A stretch of DNA of 64,000 bases from Planctomycetota bacterium. Its GTDB lineage: Bacteria; Planctomycetota; B15-G4; SIAN01. Shown piece after piece: positions 1 through 9,740 of the stretch; the first letter of the stretch is position 1, and each line of letters opens with the position of its first letter. The notes under the pieces were generated by a model. It worked only from the letters and a program-made list of their open reading frames with translations, had not been told where the DNA came from and did not search any database. The position numbers and the translations under genes were made by a program. Location of the stretch: NCBI GenBank assembly GCA_031409275.1, contig JANNXA010000014.1, positions 256,001 to 320,000 on the forward strand. The letters are read 5' to 3'.

Positions 1-756
1 ATGCTCGGCCTGCCCGAAGAGCAGGAGCTCTACCCGCCGATGAAGCTGACGCTCGAGACGATCGTCGATCCTGCCACCGATCACCCGGTCGCGCCCGACC
101 CGACCGGCGACGTGCTGCTGATGGGCGACAGCCTCACCAAGATCTTCTCCGACCCGACGCTCGGACTCGGCGACGGCAGCGGTCTCGCCGAGCACCTCGC
201 CTGGCACCTCGATCGCGCGCTCGACGTGATCGCGATCGCGGGCGGTTCGGCGACCGGCACGCGCGAAGCGTTGGCGCGCCGCGAAGGCGATGGGCTCGCC
301 GGCAAGAAGCTGGTGCTGTGGCAGTTCGGCGTGCGCATGCTCGCGTCCGGCGGCAAGGAGTGGCGCAAGGTGGCGTTGCCGCCGCCAGCGGCGCGCGCGG
401 CGCCGGCGGGCGTCCCCACCGATCGCGTCACGCTGGTGGGAGAACTCGTCGAGGTCTCGAAGATCCCGACCGACTTCGACTACGACTTCTGCCTCGCGGT
501 GCATGAGTACAAGGTCGTGCGCGTGATCGACGGCGCCCTTTCACCGCGGCTCAAGAGCGACCGCTTCTGGGTCGCCTTCCCGGCCATCGTCGACGGCAAG
601 GATCAGCCGCCGCGCCGCTACACGGTCGGCATGCGCCATCGCCTCGTCGTCGAGGACTACCGATTGCGCTACGACGAGAACACCTCGTGCTGGGACGAGA
701 CCGACGCGGGCAAGGTGATCTACGTGCCCGTCGAGTGGGAAGAGGCCAAGGAGTAG
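1..756 (+). CDS. AlgX/AlgJ-like SGNH O-acetyltransferase family protein, probably 5'-truncated by the window edge
   Basis: LLMGDSL motif, 'LAEHLAWHLDRALDVIA..GG..TREAL' and 'KKLVLWQF' resemble AlgX/AlgJ domains; extra C-terminal beta domain. Confidence 0.7.
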   Translation: MLGLPEEQELYPPMKLTLETIVDPATDHPVAPDPTGDVLLMGDSLTKIFSDPTLGLGDGSGLAEHLAWHLDRALDVIAIAGGSATGTREALARREGDGLAGKKLVLWQFGVRMLASGGKEWRKVALPPPAARAAPAGVPTDRVTLVGELVEVSKIPTDFDYDFCLAVHEYKVVRVIDGALSPRLKSDRFWVAFPAIVDGKDQPPRRYTVGMRHRLVVEDYRLRYDENTSCWDETDAGKVIYVPVEWEEAKE

Positions 757-802
757 CGCCGCGGCCGCGACGTCGTCGCGCGGCGACGTCAGGCTCGCAG
801 GA

Positions 803-1981
803 TCACTCCTCCTCTTCCGCGAAGAGTTCGATCGGCTCGTAACGTAACCGAGCGATCGCAAGCTGCTCCGGCAGCAGCCAGATCGCGAGGCGCTTGCCCG
901 TCCAGTCGGCTGGCTCACGCCGAGCCAGCTTCTGGCGCACTTGCTGCTGCCCGCCGCTCGCGGCGAAGACGCAGTCGATCTTCCAGCCGGTGAAGCGCGT
1001 GAGCTGGCTGCAGAAGTCGGCGCCCTGCTCGTTGTGGACCCGCGCATAGCTGTCGCCGAACACGAGGATCGGACTCCTCGGGTCGAGGCTTGGGAACGGC
1101 TGGTTGCCTTGCACGACCACGCGACCGCGCATCAGCTCGTCACGCGACCCCTTGCTGGCCAGCTCATCGCCGGCGTTGTAGGTGATCGACCGCTCCTCGA
1201 CGCGGAAATGGGAGTTCTCCTTGTACGGCCCGCGCTTGAACCATGGGTACTCCGCGATTCGTTGCGCCACATGCTCGGCGCACAGTTCGGCACCTCGCAC
1301 GGTCCAATGCGGGTCGCTCTTCAGGAACAGCAGATCCTCGCGTGAGGGGTCCTCCGGAACGCGCGCCGCGACGAACGGCTCGCTGAGGTTCTGCGTCTCG
1401 ACCCCTTCGCGTGACGATTCCAGGAACTGCTTGACGACGCAAAGGCCCATCCCGGCGAAACCCACGCCTTTCAGCTCGGGCAGCACGATCTCTGGATAGA
1501 CGGAAAGCTTCGACGGAACCGCCACGACCAGGAAGTCGATGCCGCGCGCCGCGAACTGCCGCTCGAGGTCGACCAGGGTGACGAGCAGCGTGTAGGTGCC
1601 GTCGTCCTTGGGCGAGCGCCGCTCCAATGCCGGCGCCCGCGGCACCAACGAGATCGCCCGCAAGAGCGCGGTGGTGATCGTCCACTCGCCGATCTCGACG
1701 TGGCCTGGCTCGTCGGGGTGAAGGGCGTCCCACGCCTCGTAGCGCCGCGTGCAGTCGGCGATCCACTCGTCCTGATGACCGAACTGTTCCATTCGCGCCA
1801 GCAGCGACTCGAGATCTTGACGCTGCTGCGCGAGGCGCGCGGCACGCGTCGGGTCGGAGCGCTCGACAGGCGGATGAACTCCAGTGACAGGGCCAGCCCC
1901 ATCGGCCGCAGGCGCGGGAACGGGCGCCTCCTGACCCAGCGGGAACAGCAGCACTCCGAGCAGCAGCGCGGTCGATCGCAC
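803..1981 (-). CDS. secreted AlgX/AlgJ-like SGNH O-acetyltransferase family protein
   Basis: Signal peptide; 'VPSKLSVYPE', 'KSDPHWT' (DxH) and 'VFGDSY' motifs. Confidence 0.75.
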   Translation of the reverse strand: MRSTALLLGVLLFPLGQEAPVPAPAADGAGPVTGVHPPVERSDPTRAARLAQQRQDLESLLARMEQFGHQDEWIADCTRRYEAWDALHPDEPGHVEIGEWTITTALLRAISLVPRAPALERRSPKDDGTYTLLVTLVDLERQFAARGIDFLVVAVPSKLSVYPEIVLPELKGVGFAGMGLCVVKQFLESSREGVETQNLSEPFVAARVPEDPSREDLLFLKSDPHWTVRGAELCAEHVAQRIAEYPWFKRGPYKENSHFRVEERSITYNAGDELASKGSRDELMRGRVVVQGNQPFPSLDPRSPILVFGDSYARVHNEQGADFCSQLTRFTGWKIDCVFAASGGQQQVRQKLARREPADWTGKRLAIWLLPEQLAIARLRYEPIELFAEEEE

Positions 1982-2090
1982 GGGAAGGTCGACTCCAACG
2001 GTGAGGCCGGTGCGGCGGAGAGCGGACGATACGCGCGGCGCCGCGCATGAGAAGATCGGCCGATCCCCGACTCGTCATGGAGCGCCGTGC

Positions 2091-4007
2091 ATGTCGTCCG
2101 CTTCTCCCCCGCCCGCACCTGCCCAGGCTCCGCGCGAGATGACAGCGAAGTCGATCGCGTGCGGGCTCGTGTTCGGCGCATTGTTCGGCGCCGCCAACGC
2201 CTACCTCGGGCTCAAGGCGGGGCTCACCGTCTCGACCTCGATCCCGATCGCCGTGCTGTCGGCGGCGGCGTTCCGGCTGATGGGCGGTGGCACGATCCTC
2301 GAAGCGAACCTCTCGCAGACGATCGGCAGCGCCTCGAGTTCGCTCGCGACCGGAACGATCTTCACCATCCCGGCGCTCTTCATGTGGGGCGATCGGCCGA
2401 CCTACGCGCAGGTCGCGCTGCTGGCGCTGTGCGGCGGATTGCTCGGCATCTTCGCGATGGTGCCGCTGCGCCGACTGCTGATCGTGCAGGGCGACGCCGA
2501 GCTGCCGTTCCCGGAAGGGCGCGCGTGCGCCGAAGTGCTGCGAAATGCCAATAGCGGCGCGCGCAACGGCCGCTGGATCTTCATCGGCCTTGGCGTCGGT
2601 GCGCTGCTCAAGCTGGCGATCAGCGGCTGGCCGCTGCTCTCGATGCCGACCGCGGACGGCGGTGCGCTGCGCTACGTCCCGGAAGAGCTGAAGCTGGAAC
2701 TGCCCTTCCTGCCCAACGGGGCGCTCACCCTCAGCGTCGACGCGGTGCTGCTGGCGGTCGGCTTCATCGTCGGCTACCGCGCATCCGCAGTGATGGTCGC
2801 GGGTGGGCTGCTCTCCGCGCTGGTCCTCTATCCGCTGGTCACCAAGATGCACTCGGTCGGCGCCGCGGCCGACGGCGGCAGCGCGACCGCACTCTCGTTC
2901 GGCGCAGCGAAGAGCTTCGTGCGCTACATCGGCATCGGCGCTGTCGCCGCCGCCGGCCTCATCACGGTGCTGAAGACTGCGCCCACCATGGGCCGCTCCT
3001 TCGCCGCGGTGGCGCGCGGCTTGAAACGCGGTGGCGCCGCGGCGGGCGACGTGGCGACCGATCGCGACATCCCCGCGTGGACGCTGCTCGCCGGTCTCGC
3101 CGCGCTGGGCGCAGTGCTGGCGTTCGTGCCCGGAGTGCTGGCCGGCGACCTTTCGCTGCACCTGCGCCTGCTGTGCGCCGGCGCGGTGATCCTCTTTGGC
3201 TTCCTCTTCGTGCCGGTCAGCTCGCGACTCGTCGGCGTCATCGGCGTCTCCTCGAATCCGACCTCGGCGATGGCGCTGATCACCCTGGCGGGCACGGCGC
3301 TCTTCTTCGTGCTGCTGGGTCGCGCGCACGAGCCGGGCACCAAGGCGGCGGTGCTGACCGTCGGCACGGTCGTCTGCGTCGCCGCGTCGAAGGCGGGCGA
3401 CATCTCGCAGGATCTGAAGACCGGCTGGCTGGTCGGCGCAACTCCCGCGCGACAGCAAGTCGGCCAGATCGCGGCCGCGCTGCTGTCGAGCTGGGTCGTT
3501 GCCGGCGTCGTGATGATGATCGGCAGCCAGGCCGACGGCGGCTTCACCGGCCCCAACGCGATGCCCGCTCCGCAGGCCAACTTGATGAAGACGATCATCG
3601 AAGCGGTGGTCGGCGGGTCGCTGCCGTGGGATCTGGTGGCGATGGGCGGCGGCATCACGCTCGTGAGCGCGCTGGTCGGACTGGCGCCGCTGCAAGTGGC
3701 GCTCGGCATCTACCTGCCGCTCTCGACGATGACGACGATCTTCGTCGGCGGCTGCGTGCGCCGCTTCGTCGAGGCGCGCGCGAAGGGCGACGCGCAGGCG
3801 GTCGAGGGTGGCGTGCTGTGCGCCTCGGGGTTCGTGGCCGGCGTCGGTCTCGCGGGCGTGACGCTGGTCGGCTACGCCTTCGCGGCCGGGTCGAAGCGGA
3901 TCGGGGAGCTGCCCCACCCGCACGCCGCCGAGAACGTCGCCGCGCTGGCCCTGCTCGGCATCGCGAGCTTCCTGCTGGTGCGCGCGGGTCGGCGCGAAGC
4001 CGCCTGA
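2091..4007 (+). CDS. OPT family oligopeptide transporter
   Basis: 'ANAYLGLKAGLTVSTSIP', 'LPFPEG', 'SSNPTS', 'DISQDLKTG', 'PAPQA' motifs; multiple TM segments; start set at ATG 2091. Confidence 0.92.
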   Translation: MSSASPPPAPAQAPREMTAKSIACGLVFGALFGAANAYLGLKAGLTVSTSIPIAVLSAAAFRLMGGGTILEANLSQTIGSASSSLATGTIFTIPALFMWGDRPTYAQVALLALCGGLLGIFAMVPLRRLLIVQGDAELPFPEGRACAEVLRNANSGARNGRWIFIGLGVGALLKLAISGWPLLSMPTADGGALRYVPEELKLELPFLPNGALTLSVDAVLLAVGFIVGYRASAVMVAGGLLSALVLYPLVTKMHSVGAAADGGSATALSFGAAKSFVRYIGIGAVAAAGLITVLKTAPTMGRSFAAVARGLKRGGAAAGDVATDRDIPAWTLLAGLAALGAVLAFVPGVLAGDLSLHLRLLCAGAVILFGFLFVPVSSRLVGVIGVSSNPTSAMALITLAGTALFFVLLGRAHEPGTKAAVLTVGTVVCVAASKAGDISQDLKTGWLVGATPARQQVGQIAAALLSSWVVAGVVMMIGSQADGGFTGPNAMPAPQANLMKTIIEAVVGGSLPWDLVAMGGGITLVSALVGLAPLQVALGIYLPLSTMTTIFVGGCVRRFVEARAKGDAQAVEGGVLCASGFVAGVGLAGVTLVGYAFAAGSKRIGELPHPHAAENVAALALLGIASFLLVRAGRREAA

Positions 4008-4019
4008 GTTCGCGCGGTC

Positions 4020-4180
4020 GTGTCCTGATCCAGAAGTTCGCGAAAGTAGTCGGAGGCGAGCTTTGTGCAGCGCGAGGAGGGCGGACGACTTCAACTTCGA
4101 GGGAAGTTGATGAGGAGGCCCGACGAAGCGATGCGCGAAGGGCGCCCCGAATTCTGAAGCGAACTTCTGGATCAGGACAC
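4020..4180. mobile_element. MITE/REP-like long-hairpin element with perfect 22-bp terminal inverted repeats
   Basis: gtgtcctgatccagaagttcgc (4020-4041) is the exact reverse complement of 4159-4180; internal hairpin tcaacttc/gaagttga at 4091-4110; no coding capacity. Confidence 0.65.
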
Positions 4181-5760
4181 TAACCGGCCGCTTCCGACGA
4201 GTGCGTTTCGTAGAGCCGCACCAGCAGGAAGAAGAGGCCCGCAGCGATCGCGACATCGAGCGCGACCCCCGCCGCGACGGCCCAGAACGGGTCGTCGACT
4301 CGCGGGAGCAGATACCACCAGAGCACCGCTCCAGGCGCTGCCGCGGCGAGCCACACGAGCGGTCGCAGCATCTGCGCCGGCGCGGCGCCCTGCGTCCCGC
4401 GCGCCGAGGAGCCCTTCGGAGCGAAGAGGAACGGCGCGAGGTTGTCGATCACCACCGCCAGGAACATCAGCAGCGGGATCGCGAGCGCCGGTCCGGTGAT
4501 CGGCAGCTCGCCCGCCGGATCGAGCTGCAGCAGGACGAGCAGCAACGCCTCCTGCAGCAGCACGCCGACCAGCCACGGCACCAGCAACTCCGCCAGGACC
4601 AGGGCGCTTGGGGCGAGCGGCAGCGCGCGCAGCTCCTCCATGCGATCGAATTCGCGGCGCAGGTCGAAGGAGATCGCGCTCGACCAGAAGATCGTCGCCG
4701 TGACCAGGGAGCCCATCGCGACCTTGATGCCGATGCCATTGCGCGCCGCCATCGCCGCGGGGAGCACCAGCGTCAACCCGATCAGCAGACCGGGCAACAC
4801 CGTGCGCCACGATCGCCCCATGACGATCAGGTTCTTCCAGACCAGCGCGCCCGCGCCTCGGAAGATCCATCGCGACGGCGGCAGCGCCATGGAACGGCCG
4901 CGCCGCCCCTCCGTTCCCTCCAACACAATCCCGTGCCGGCGCCGCGTCGACTGCGCGGCGCGCGCCGTGGTGGCGACCGACTCCTCGAGGAAGTCGATCT
5001 CGGGCAGCAGCAGCAGCGCCAGCGTGCCGACCGCACCCAGGACGAGGCGCAGCAGCGCGAACGCGCCGGCGCCGGTCGTTTCGGCGTAGACGAAGTCGAC
5101 GCACGCCGCCGACGGAAAGAAGACGACGCGCGCCAGTGGCGATGCCGCGACCGGACCGACCAAGCGCGCGAGGCCGCCCTGCTCCGAGATCGCGAAGACG
5201 AGGTAGGCGAGCGCGCCGAACAGGACCAGCGTCGCGACGGTGCGTGCCGCCGCGCGCAGGCGACGCGCGACCGCATCGGAGAAGCGCGTGATGAGGACCG
5301 CCACCAGCAGCTGCAGATGCAACGCCGTGACCTGCAGGAACGCCATCCCGATCAGGAAGCGGCCGGGCGAAGCGAGGCGTAGCCCGAACGCGAGCGTGAT
5401 GAAGAGCACCGACACCAGCGTCAGCGGCCACAACTGAAGCAGTCGCCAGATCAGGAGCTGGCGCGGCGAGAAGGGGGCCGGGAAGAGGAAGTCGACGTCG
5501 GCCGGCGCGAAGCGCGGGCCTTGCTGCACGAAGCCGCCCGCCACGGACATCGTGAAGATCATCGCCCCGAGGACGGCGAACGATTCGCGAGTCACCGGCG
5601 CCGTCGCGTGTCGACCGGGCCACGTGGCCCAGACGACGAAGCCGAGCGCCACGAGCGCGAGCAGCACGCCGAAGAACCGGCTCGGCTGTCGCAACGAGCG
5701 CGCGAACTGGCGCAGCACGCCGCGCTGCCGCAGCACGTAGAGCTGCCAGAGCACGGCCAT
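4180..5760 (-). CDS. putative ABC exporter permease
   Basis: Polytopic membrane protein, 'ADVDFLFPAPFSPRQLL' motif; ATG at 5760 overlaps the stop of the upstream ATPase gene (TGATG). Confidence 0.8.
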   Translation of the reverse strand: MAVLWQLYVLRQRGVLRQFARSLRQPSRFFGVLLALVALGFVVWATWPGRHATAPVTRESFAVLGAMIFTMSVAGGFVQQGPRFAPADVDFLFPAPFSPRQLLIWRLLQLWPLTLVSVLFITLAFGLRLASPGRFLIGMAFLQVTALHLQLLVAVLITRFSDAVARRLRAAARTVATLVLFGALAYLVFAISEQGGLARLVGPVAASPLARVVFFPSAACVDFVYAETTGAGAFALLRLVLGAVGTLALLLLPEIDFLEESVATTARAAQSTRRRHGIVLEGTEGRRGRSMALPPSRWIFRGAGALVWKNLIVMGRSWRTVLPGLLIGLTLVLPAAMAARNGIGIKVAMGSLVTATIFWSSAISFDLRREFDRMEELRALPLAPSALVLAELLVPWLVGVLLQEALLLVLLQLDPAGELPITGPALAIPLLMFLAVVIDNLAPFLFAPKGSSARGTQGAAPAQMLRPLVWLAAAAPGAVLWWYLLPRVDDPFWAVAAGVALDVAIAAGLFFLLVRLYETHSSEAAG

Positions 5761-6530
5761 CAGGAGCTTCCAGGCGCCGCGGCTGCGGCGGCGCTGCCGT
5801 CGTGCTCGTCGTCGACGAGGCGGAAGAAGATCTGCTCGAGCGTCGCGGCGGTGGGAAGCGCCGCGAACGCCCGGATCTCGTCGAGCGTCCCCTCCACCAC
5901 CTTCGCCCCGCGCTTCACCAGCAGCACCCGCGTGCAGACGCGCTCCACGAGTTCGAGCTGGTGCGACGAGACGACGATCGCGGTCCCCTCGCTGGCGGCG
6001 TTCGCGATCACGTCGCGCATCACCCGCGTGCCGTGCGGATCGAGGCCGGTCAACGGCTCGTCGAGCAGCAGCGCCGCCGGCCGATGGAGCAGCGCGCAGC
6101 AGATCGCCAGCTTCTGCCGCATGCCGCGCGACAGCGAGCCGCATAGTTCGTCGCGCTTGCCGTCGAGCTCGAACTGCTCCAGCAACTGCTCCGGGTCGCG
6201 AGCATCGTCGGCGGAGTACGCCAGGCGCGCGAACTCGAGGTGCTCGCGAACCGTGAGCATCTCGTAGGGATTCGGCGTGTCGGGCACGAGCGCGAGGACT
6301 CGTTTGGCGCGGACCGGCTCCTTGACGACGTCGAAGCCGCCGACGCGAATCGAGCCGCTGGTCGGCCGCAGGATGCCGGCGATGGCGCGCAGCGTCGTGG
6401 TCTTGCCGGCGCCATTGGGGCCGACCAACCCGAGGATGTCGGACGGGGCGACGGTGAACGACAGTTCCTTCACCGCCTCGGTCCCGCCGCGCGGTCCGTA
6501 GCTCTTCGAGAACGACACGACCTCGATCAC
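5760..6530 (-). CDS. ABC transporter ATP-binding protein
   Basis: Walker A GPNGAGKTT, signature LSRGM, Walker B LLLDEP, H-loop SSH; GTG start 6530. Confidence 0.93.
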   Translation of the reverse strand: MIEVVSFSKSYGPRGGTEAVKELSFTVAPSDILGLVGPNGAGKTTTLRAIAGILRPTSGSIRVGGFDVVKEPVRAKRVLALVPDTPNPYEMLTVREHLEFARLAYSADDARDPEQLLEQFELDGKRDELCGSLSRGMRQKLAICCALLHRPAALLLDEPLTGLDPHGTRVMRDVIANAASEGTAIVVSSHQLELVERVCTRVLLVKRGAKVVEGTLDEIRAFAALPTAATLEQIFFRLVDDEHDGSAAAAAAPGSS

Positions 6531-6604
6531 GCGCGCGCTCCAGAGGATCCTGCGGGTGCGCGCACGGCCGCCCCGATCAACCGCCTCAGTATGCTCGCTG
6601 CGCC

Positions 6605-8893
6605 ATGAAGCGCGCATGCCTCGCCTTGGCCCTCTTCGGCGCGCTGCTGCTCGCTTGGGCGTTGCCACGGCTGCAACGAGACGATTCGCTGGCGCAGTTC
6701 TTCCCGGAGCACAGCGAGGCGCGCGCCCGTTTCAGCGCCTTCTCGGCCGCGTTTGGCACCGACGACACGCTGCTGGTCACCGTTCACGATGACGAGGATC
6801 CGCCGCTCCTGCGGCCGGGCGCGCTGAACTACCTCGACCGGCTGCACGCCGCGCTGGCCGGCGATCCGGCGCTGGCGACGGCAGTGTCGCTGGCGACGCT
6901 CGACGATCTGCGCATCGGCACGCTGCTCGGCCGCGCGATTCCGTTGCCGCCGACGCCCCTGGTGCCGCGCGATCGCGCGAGCGTGACCGGTGCGCGCGCC
7001 GCCGCGCTCGCCGCCCACCCGCTGCTGCGCGAGGGACTCCTCTCCGACGACGGTCGCAGCGCGGCGTGCTGGCTCGTGCTGGCGCCGGGACTGCGCGCGC
7101 GCGCCGACTACCTCGCGCAGGTCGAATCGCTGGCGGCGAAAGTGCCCGCCGTCCTGCCCTCCGAGGGGCGGCTCACGGTCGCGGTGACGGGCTTCCCGCT
7201 GCTGCAATCGGCGACGCAGCAGCTGCTGGCGCGCGACGGCGCGAGGTTGCTGCTCGGCGCGCTGCTGCTGGTGAGCGCGCTTGCGGCGGCGTTTGGCGTG
7301 CCGTGGCGCATGGGTGGCGCGTGGCTGATCTCGTGGCTACCGGTCGCCGGAACGTTCGCGGCGTGGTCGTGGCTCGCGGGACGGCCGCTCCACCTCTTCA
7401 GCCACACGCTGCTGCCGCTGCTGCTGGTGACCAACGGCTCGGGGTTCATCCACCTCGCGCGCACCTTCGCTCTCGGCGACGCGACGCAACGACGTCGCGT
7501 GACGCGCACCACGGTCTGGACGGTGCTCACCACCTCGATCGGCTTCGCGACGTTGCTGCTCTCGCCACTGGCGCCGTTGGCGCGGCTGGGCGGCGAAGTG
7601 GCGCTCGGCACGCTGCTGGCATTCGCTTCGACGCTGCTCTACGTGCGAGCCTTCGCCCCGCCACCGCACGCCGAGGCCTCGACTCCGACCCCCGCCGCCC
7701 GCGGTTTCGCGCGCTGCACGCGAGCGCCGGCGTGGCTGCTCGCCGCCGTCACCCTCGCCTGCCTGCCCTGGTTCCTGTGGCGCGACGCAGCGCCGGCGCC
7801 GCTCGCGAGCTTCCTCGACGAGCTGCCGCCCGACCACCCACGCGTCATCGCCACGCGCGCAGCGGATGCGGCCTTCCACGCGCAAAACGCGTTCGAGATC
7901 GTGGTGGAGCTGGCGCCGGAACGGGCGCAGGCGCAGCTCTGCAATCCCGCCTTCCTGAGCGAGCTCGCCGCCTTCGAGGAAGCGCTGCGTCTGGAGGCGG
8001 GCCCCGATCTGGCCCACGTGCTTTCGCCGGTCACCTTCCTGCGCTACGTCGAGCTTCGATTGACGGAGGCGCAAACGCCAACCGACGCGCCGCGCGCCGC
8101 CGCCGAGTTCGTGGTGCAGTGGATCCTGCAGCCGTGGTTCGCGTTCGCGCAGGCGAAGCCGCAGAGCGGAGTCGCGGCCGCGCTGCATGCCGCGTTGCGC
8201 GAACCCCTTGCGCAGGTGCTCACCGCCGACGGCACCCATCTGCGCTTCGGCGGCCGCATCGGCGCACTCCCGCCCGCACGCGTGAAGGCGCTCGCGGAGC
8301 AGTTGCGGCGCGAGCTCTTCGCGACGTGGTGCACGCGCCTGGACGCGCGCTCGATCGACGTCACCGGCCACGCGCTGCTGATCGCCGAGATGGCCGACGA
8401 AGTACGCTCGACCCAGATCCGTTCGCTGGCGAGCGGCGGCGCCGTGCTCGCGCTCCTCCTGCTGTTGCTGCTGCGCGATCTGCGGCTCGGGCTGCTGGCC
8501 GTGGTCACCAACGCGCTCTCGATCAGCGGCGTGCTGCAGATCGCGGCCTGGAGCGGCATCGCCGTCGATCTTTCAACGACCCTGCTGATCGCCGCGCTGT
8601 TGGCGGTGGTGGTCGACAACACGCTCCATCTGCTGATCGAGTGGCGCCTGCTGCGAAGCGAGGGGCGCGGCGCGGCGGCGGCGTCCGAAGCGATCGTGCG
8701 CACCGGACCCGCGATGCTCCATGCAAGCGGCTGCCTCGCGGCCGGGTTCGCTCTCTTCGCGACCAGCGAGATGCCGGCGTGGCGTCACTTCGCGGCGGGC
8801 GCGCTCGCCGGCCTCGCGATCGCGCTTTTCTACGACTTCGTGGCGCTGCCGACCGCGATCGCGTGGATCACGAGGCGCAAGGAACCGCGCTGA
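6605..8893 (+). CDS. MMPL/RND family exporter
   Basis: Two repeats of periplasmic loop plus TM bundle; 'FGTDD', 'VTGFP', 'VTGH', 'VVVDNTLH'. Confidence 0.75.
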   Translation: MKRACLALALFGALLLAWALPRLQRDDSLAQFFPEHSEARARFSAFSAAFGTDDTLLVTVHDDEDPPLLRPGALNYLDRLHAALAGDPALATAVSLATLDDLRIGTLLGRAIPLPPTPLVPRDRASVTGARAAALAAHPLLREGLLSDDGRSAACWLVLAPGLRARADYLAQVESLAAKVPAVLPSEGRLTVAVTGFPLLQSATQQLLARDGARLLLGALLLVSALAAAFGVPWRMGGAWLISWLPVAGTFAAWSWLAGRPLHLFSHTLLPLLLVTNGSGFIHLARTFALGDATQRRRVTRTTVWTVLTTSIGFATLLLSPLAPLARLGGEVALGTLLAFASTLLYVRAFAPPPHAEASTPTPAARGFARCTRAPAWLLAAVTLACLPWFLWRDAAPAPLASFLDELPPDHPRVIATRAADAAFHAQNAFEIVVELAPERAQAQLCNPAFLSELAAFEEALRLEAGPDLAHVLSPVTFLRYVELRLTEAQTPTDAPRAAAEFVVQWILQPWFAFAQAKPQSGVAAALHAALREPLAQVLTADGTHLRFGGRIGALPPARVKALAEQLRRELFATWCTRLDARSIDVTGHALLIAEMADEVRSTQIRSLASGGAVLALLLLLLLRDLRLGLLAVVTNALSISGVLQIAAWSGIAVDLSTTLLIAALLAVVVDNTLHLLIEWRLLRSEGRGAAAASEAIVRTGPAMLHASGCLAAGFALFATSEMPAWRHFAAGALAGLAIALFYDFVALPTAIAWITRRKEPR

Positions 8894-8926
8894 GGCCGCC
8901 GCGGGTGTTGCGGCCGAGCCGCTCGA

Positions 8927-9673
8927 TCAGCCGACGACTCCGCAGCACTTCTTGTGCTTCTTGCCGGAGCCGCACGGGCAGGCGTCGTTGCGCCCGACCT
9001 TCGGCTGCGCGTGGATCGTCTCGACGCGAAGCTCTTCTTCGAGGTCGGGGCACTCCTTCAGCATCTGGCGCGACAGCTCGACCGCTTTGGCGCGGTCGCC
9101 CTTGTTGTGCCAGAACTGGACGAGCCCATCCCACGTGAATCGCAGGTCCTTCTTGGTGTCGCCGGTGCGCGCCTTCTCGACCGCCGCTTCGTAGTGCTTC
9201 TGCGCCCGATCGAGATGCCCTTCCTGCTCGAGCACGTAGGCCTGGCGCAACTCCGGCCAGCAGTGCGCGGGATGGTCGGCGAGCGCGGCGGTGAGCACCT
9301 TCCGGGCCCCCTCCTTGTCGCCCGCTTCCCACAGCACCACCGCGCGTTCGGCATCGAGATAGGGCTTGCCGAAGACCGGTTCGAGGCGACCGCAGAGCTC
9401 GTCCCCCTGCTCCTTGCGCCCCTTCTTCGCGAGGAACGACGGCAGCTCGAGCAGCCACGCGCGCAAGTCGGCCGGCAGCTCGGCGTTCAGGTGGTCGTAG
9501 ACCTTCTGAGAGAACTTGTGGTCGGCGCCCATCAGCACGCCGATCGCATCGAGCGCCCCGAGTCGCGCATCGTCGAGCACGAAGGCGGGCGGGTTGCGCT
9601 TGCCGACCGTGCCGTTCATCGCGCGCTGCAGCGCAAACACGAGGCGTTCGAGAGTGGCGGCTTCGATGGTCAT
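8927..9673 (-). CDS. TPR-like protein with C-terminal SEC-C metal-binding motif
   Basis: C-terminal KVGRNDACPCGSGKKHKKCC; helical repeat middle; start set at ATG 9673. Confidence 0.85.
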   Translation of the reverse strand: MTIEAATLERLVFALQRAMNGTVGKRNPPAFVLDDARLGALDAIGVLMGADHKFSQKVYDHLNAELPADLRAWLLELPSFLAKKGRKEQGDELCGRLEPVFGKPYLDAERAVVLWEAGDKEGARKVLTAALADHPAHCWPELRQAYVLEQEGHLDRAQKHYEAAVEKARTGDTKKDLRFTWDGLVQFWHNKGDRAKAVELSRQMLKECPDLEEELRVETIHAQPKVGRNDACPCGSGKKHKKCCGVVG

Positions 9674-9740
9674 GGCGTGCGCTCGATCCTTCGGGTCGCG
9701 GGCCGCGGTGCGGGCGGCGGGAAAGGGGCGGAACGATAGT

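Noticed and set aside
1164..4256. 1030-aa minus-strand ORF, and similar long antisense or alternate-frame ORFs such as 14374-16971, 42926-45535, 49131-51557 and 60057-62924
   Set aside because: Arg/Ala/Gly-rich shadow frames of recognisable genes in high-GC DNA; no motifs
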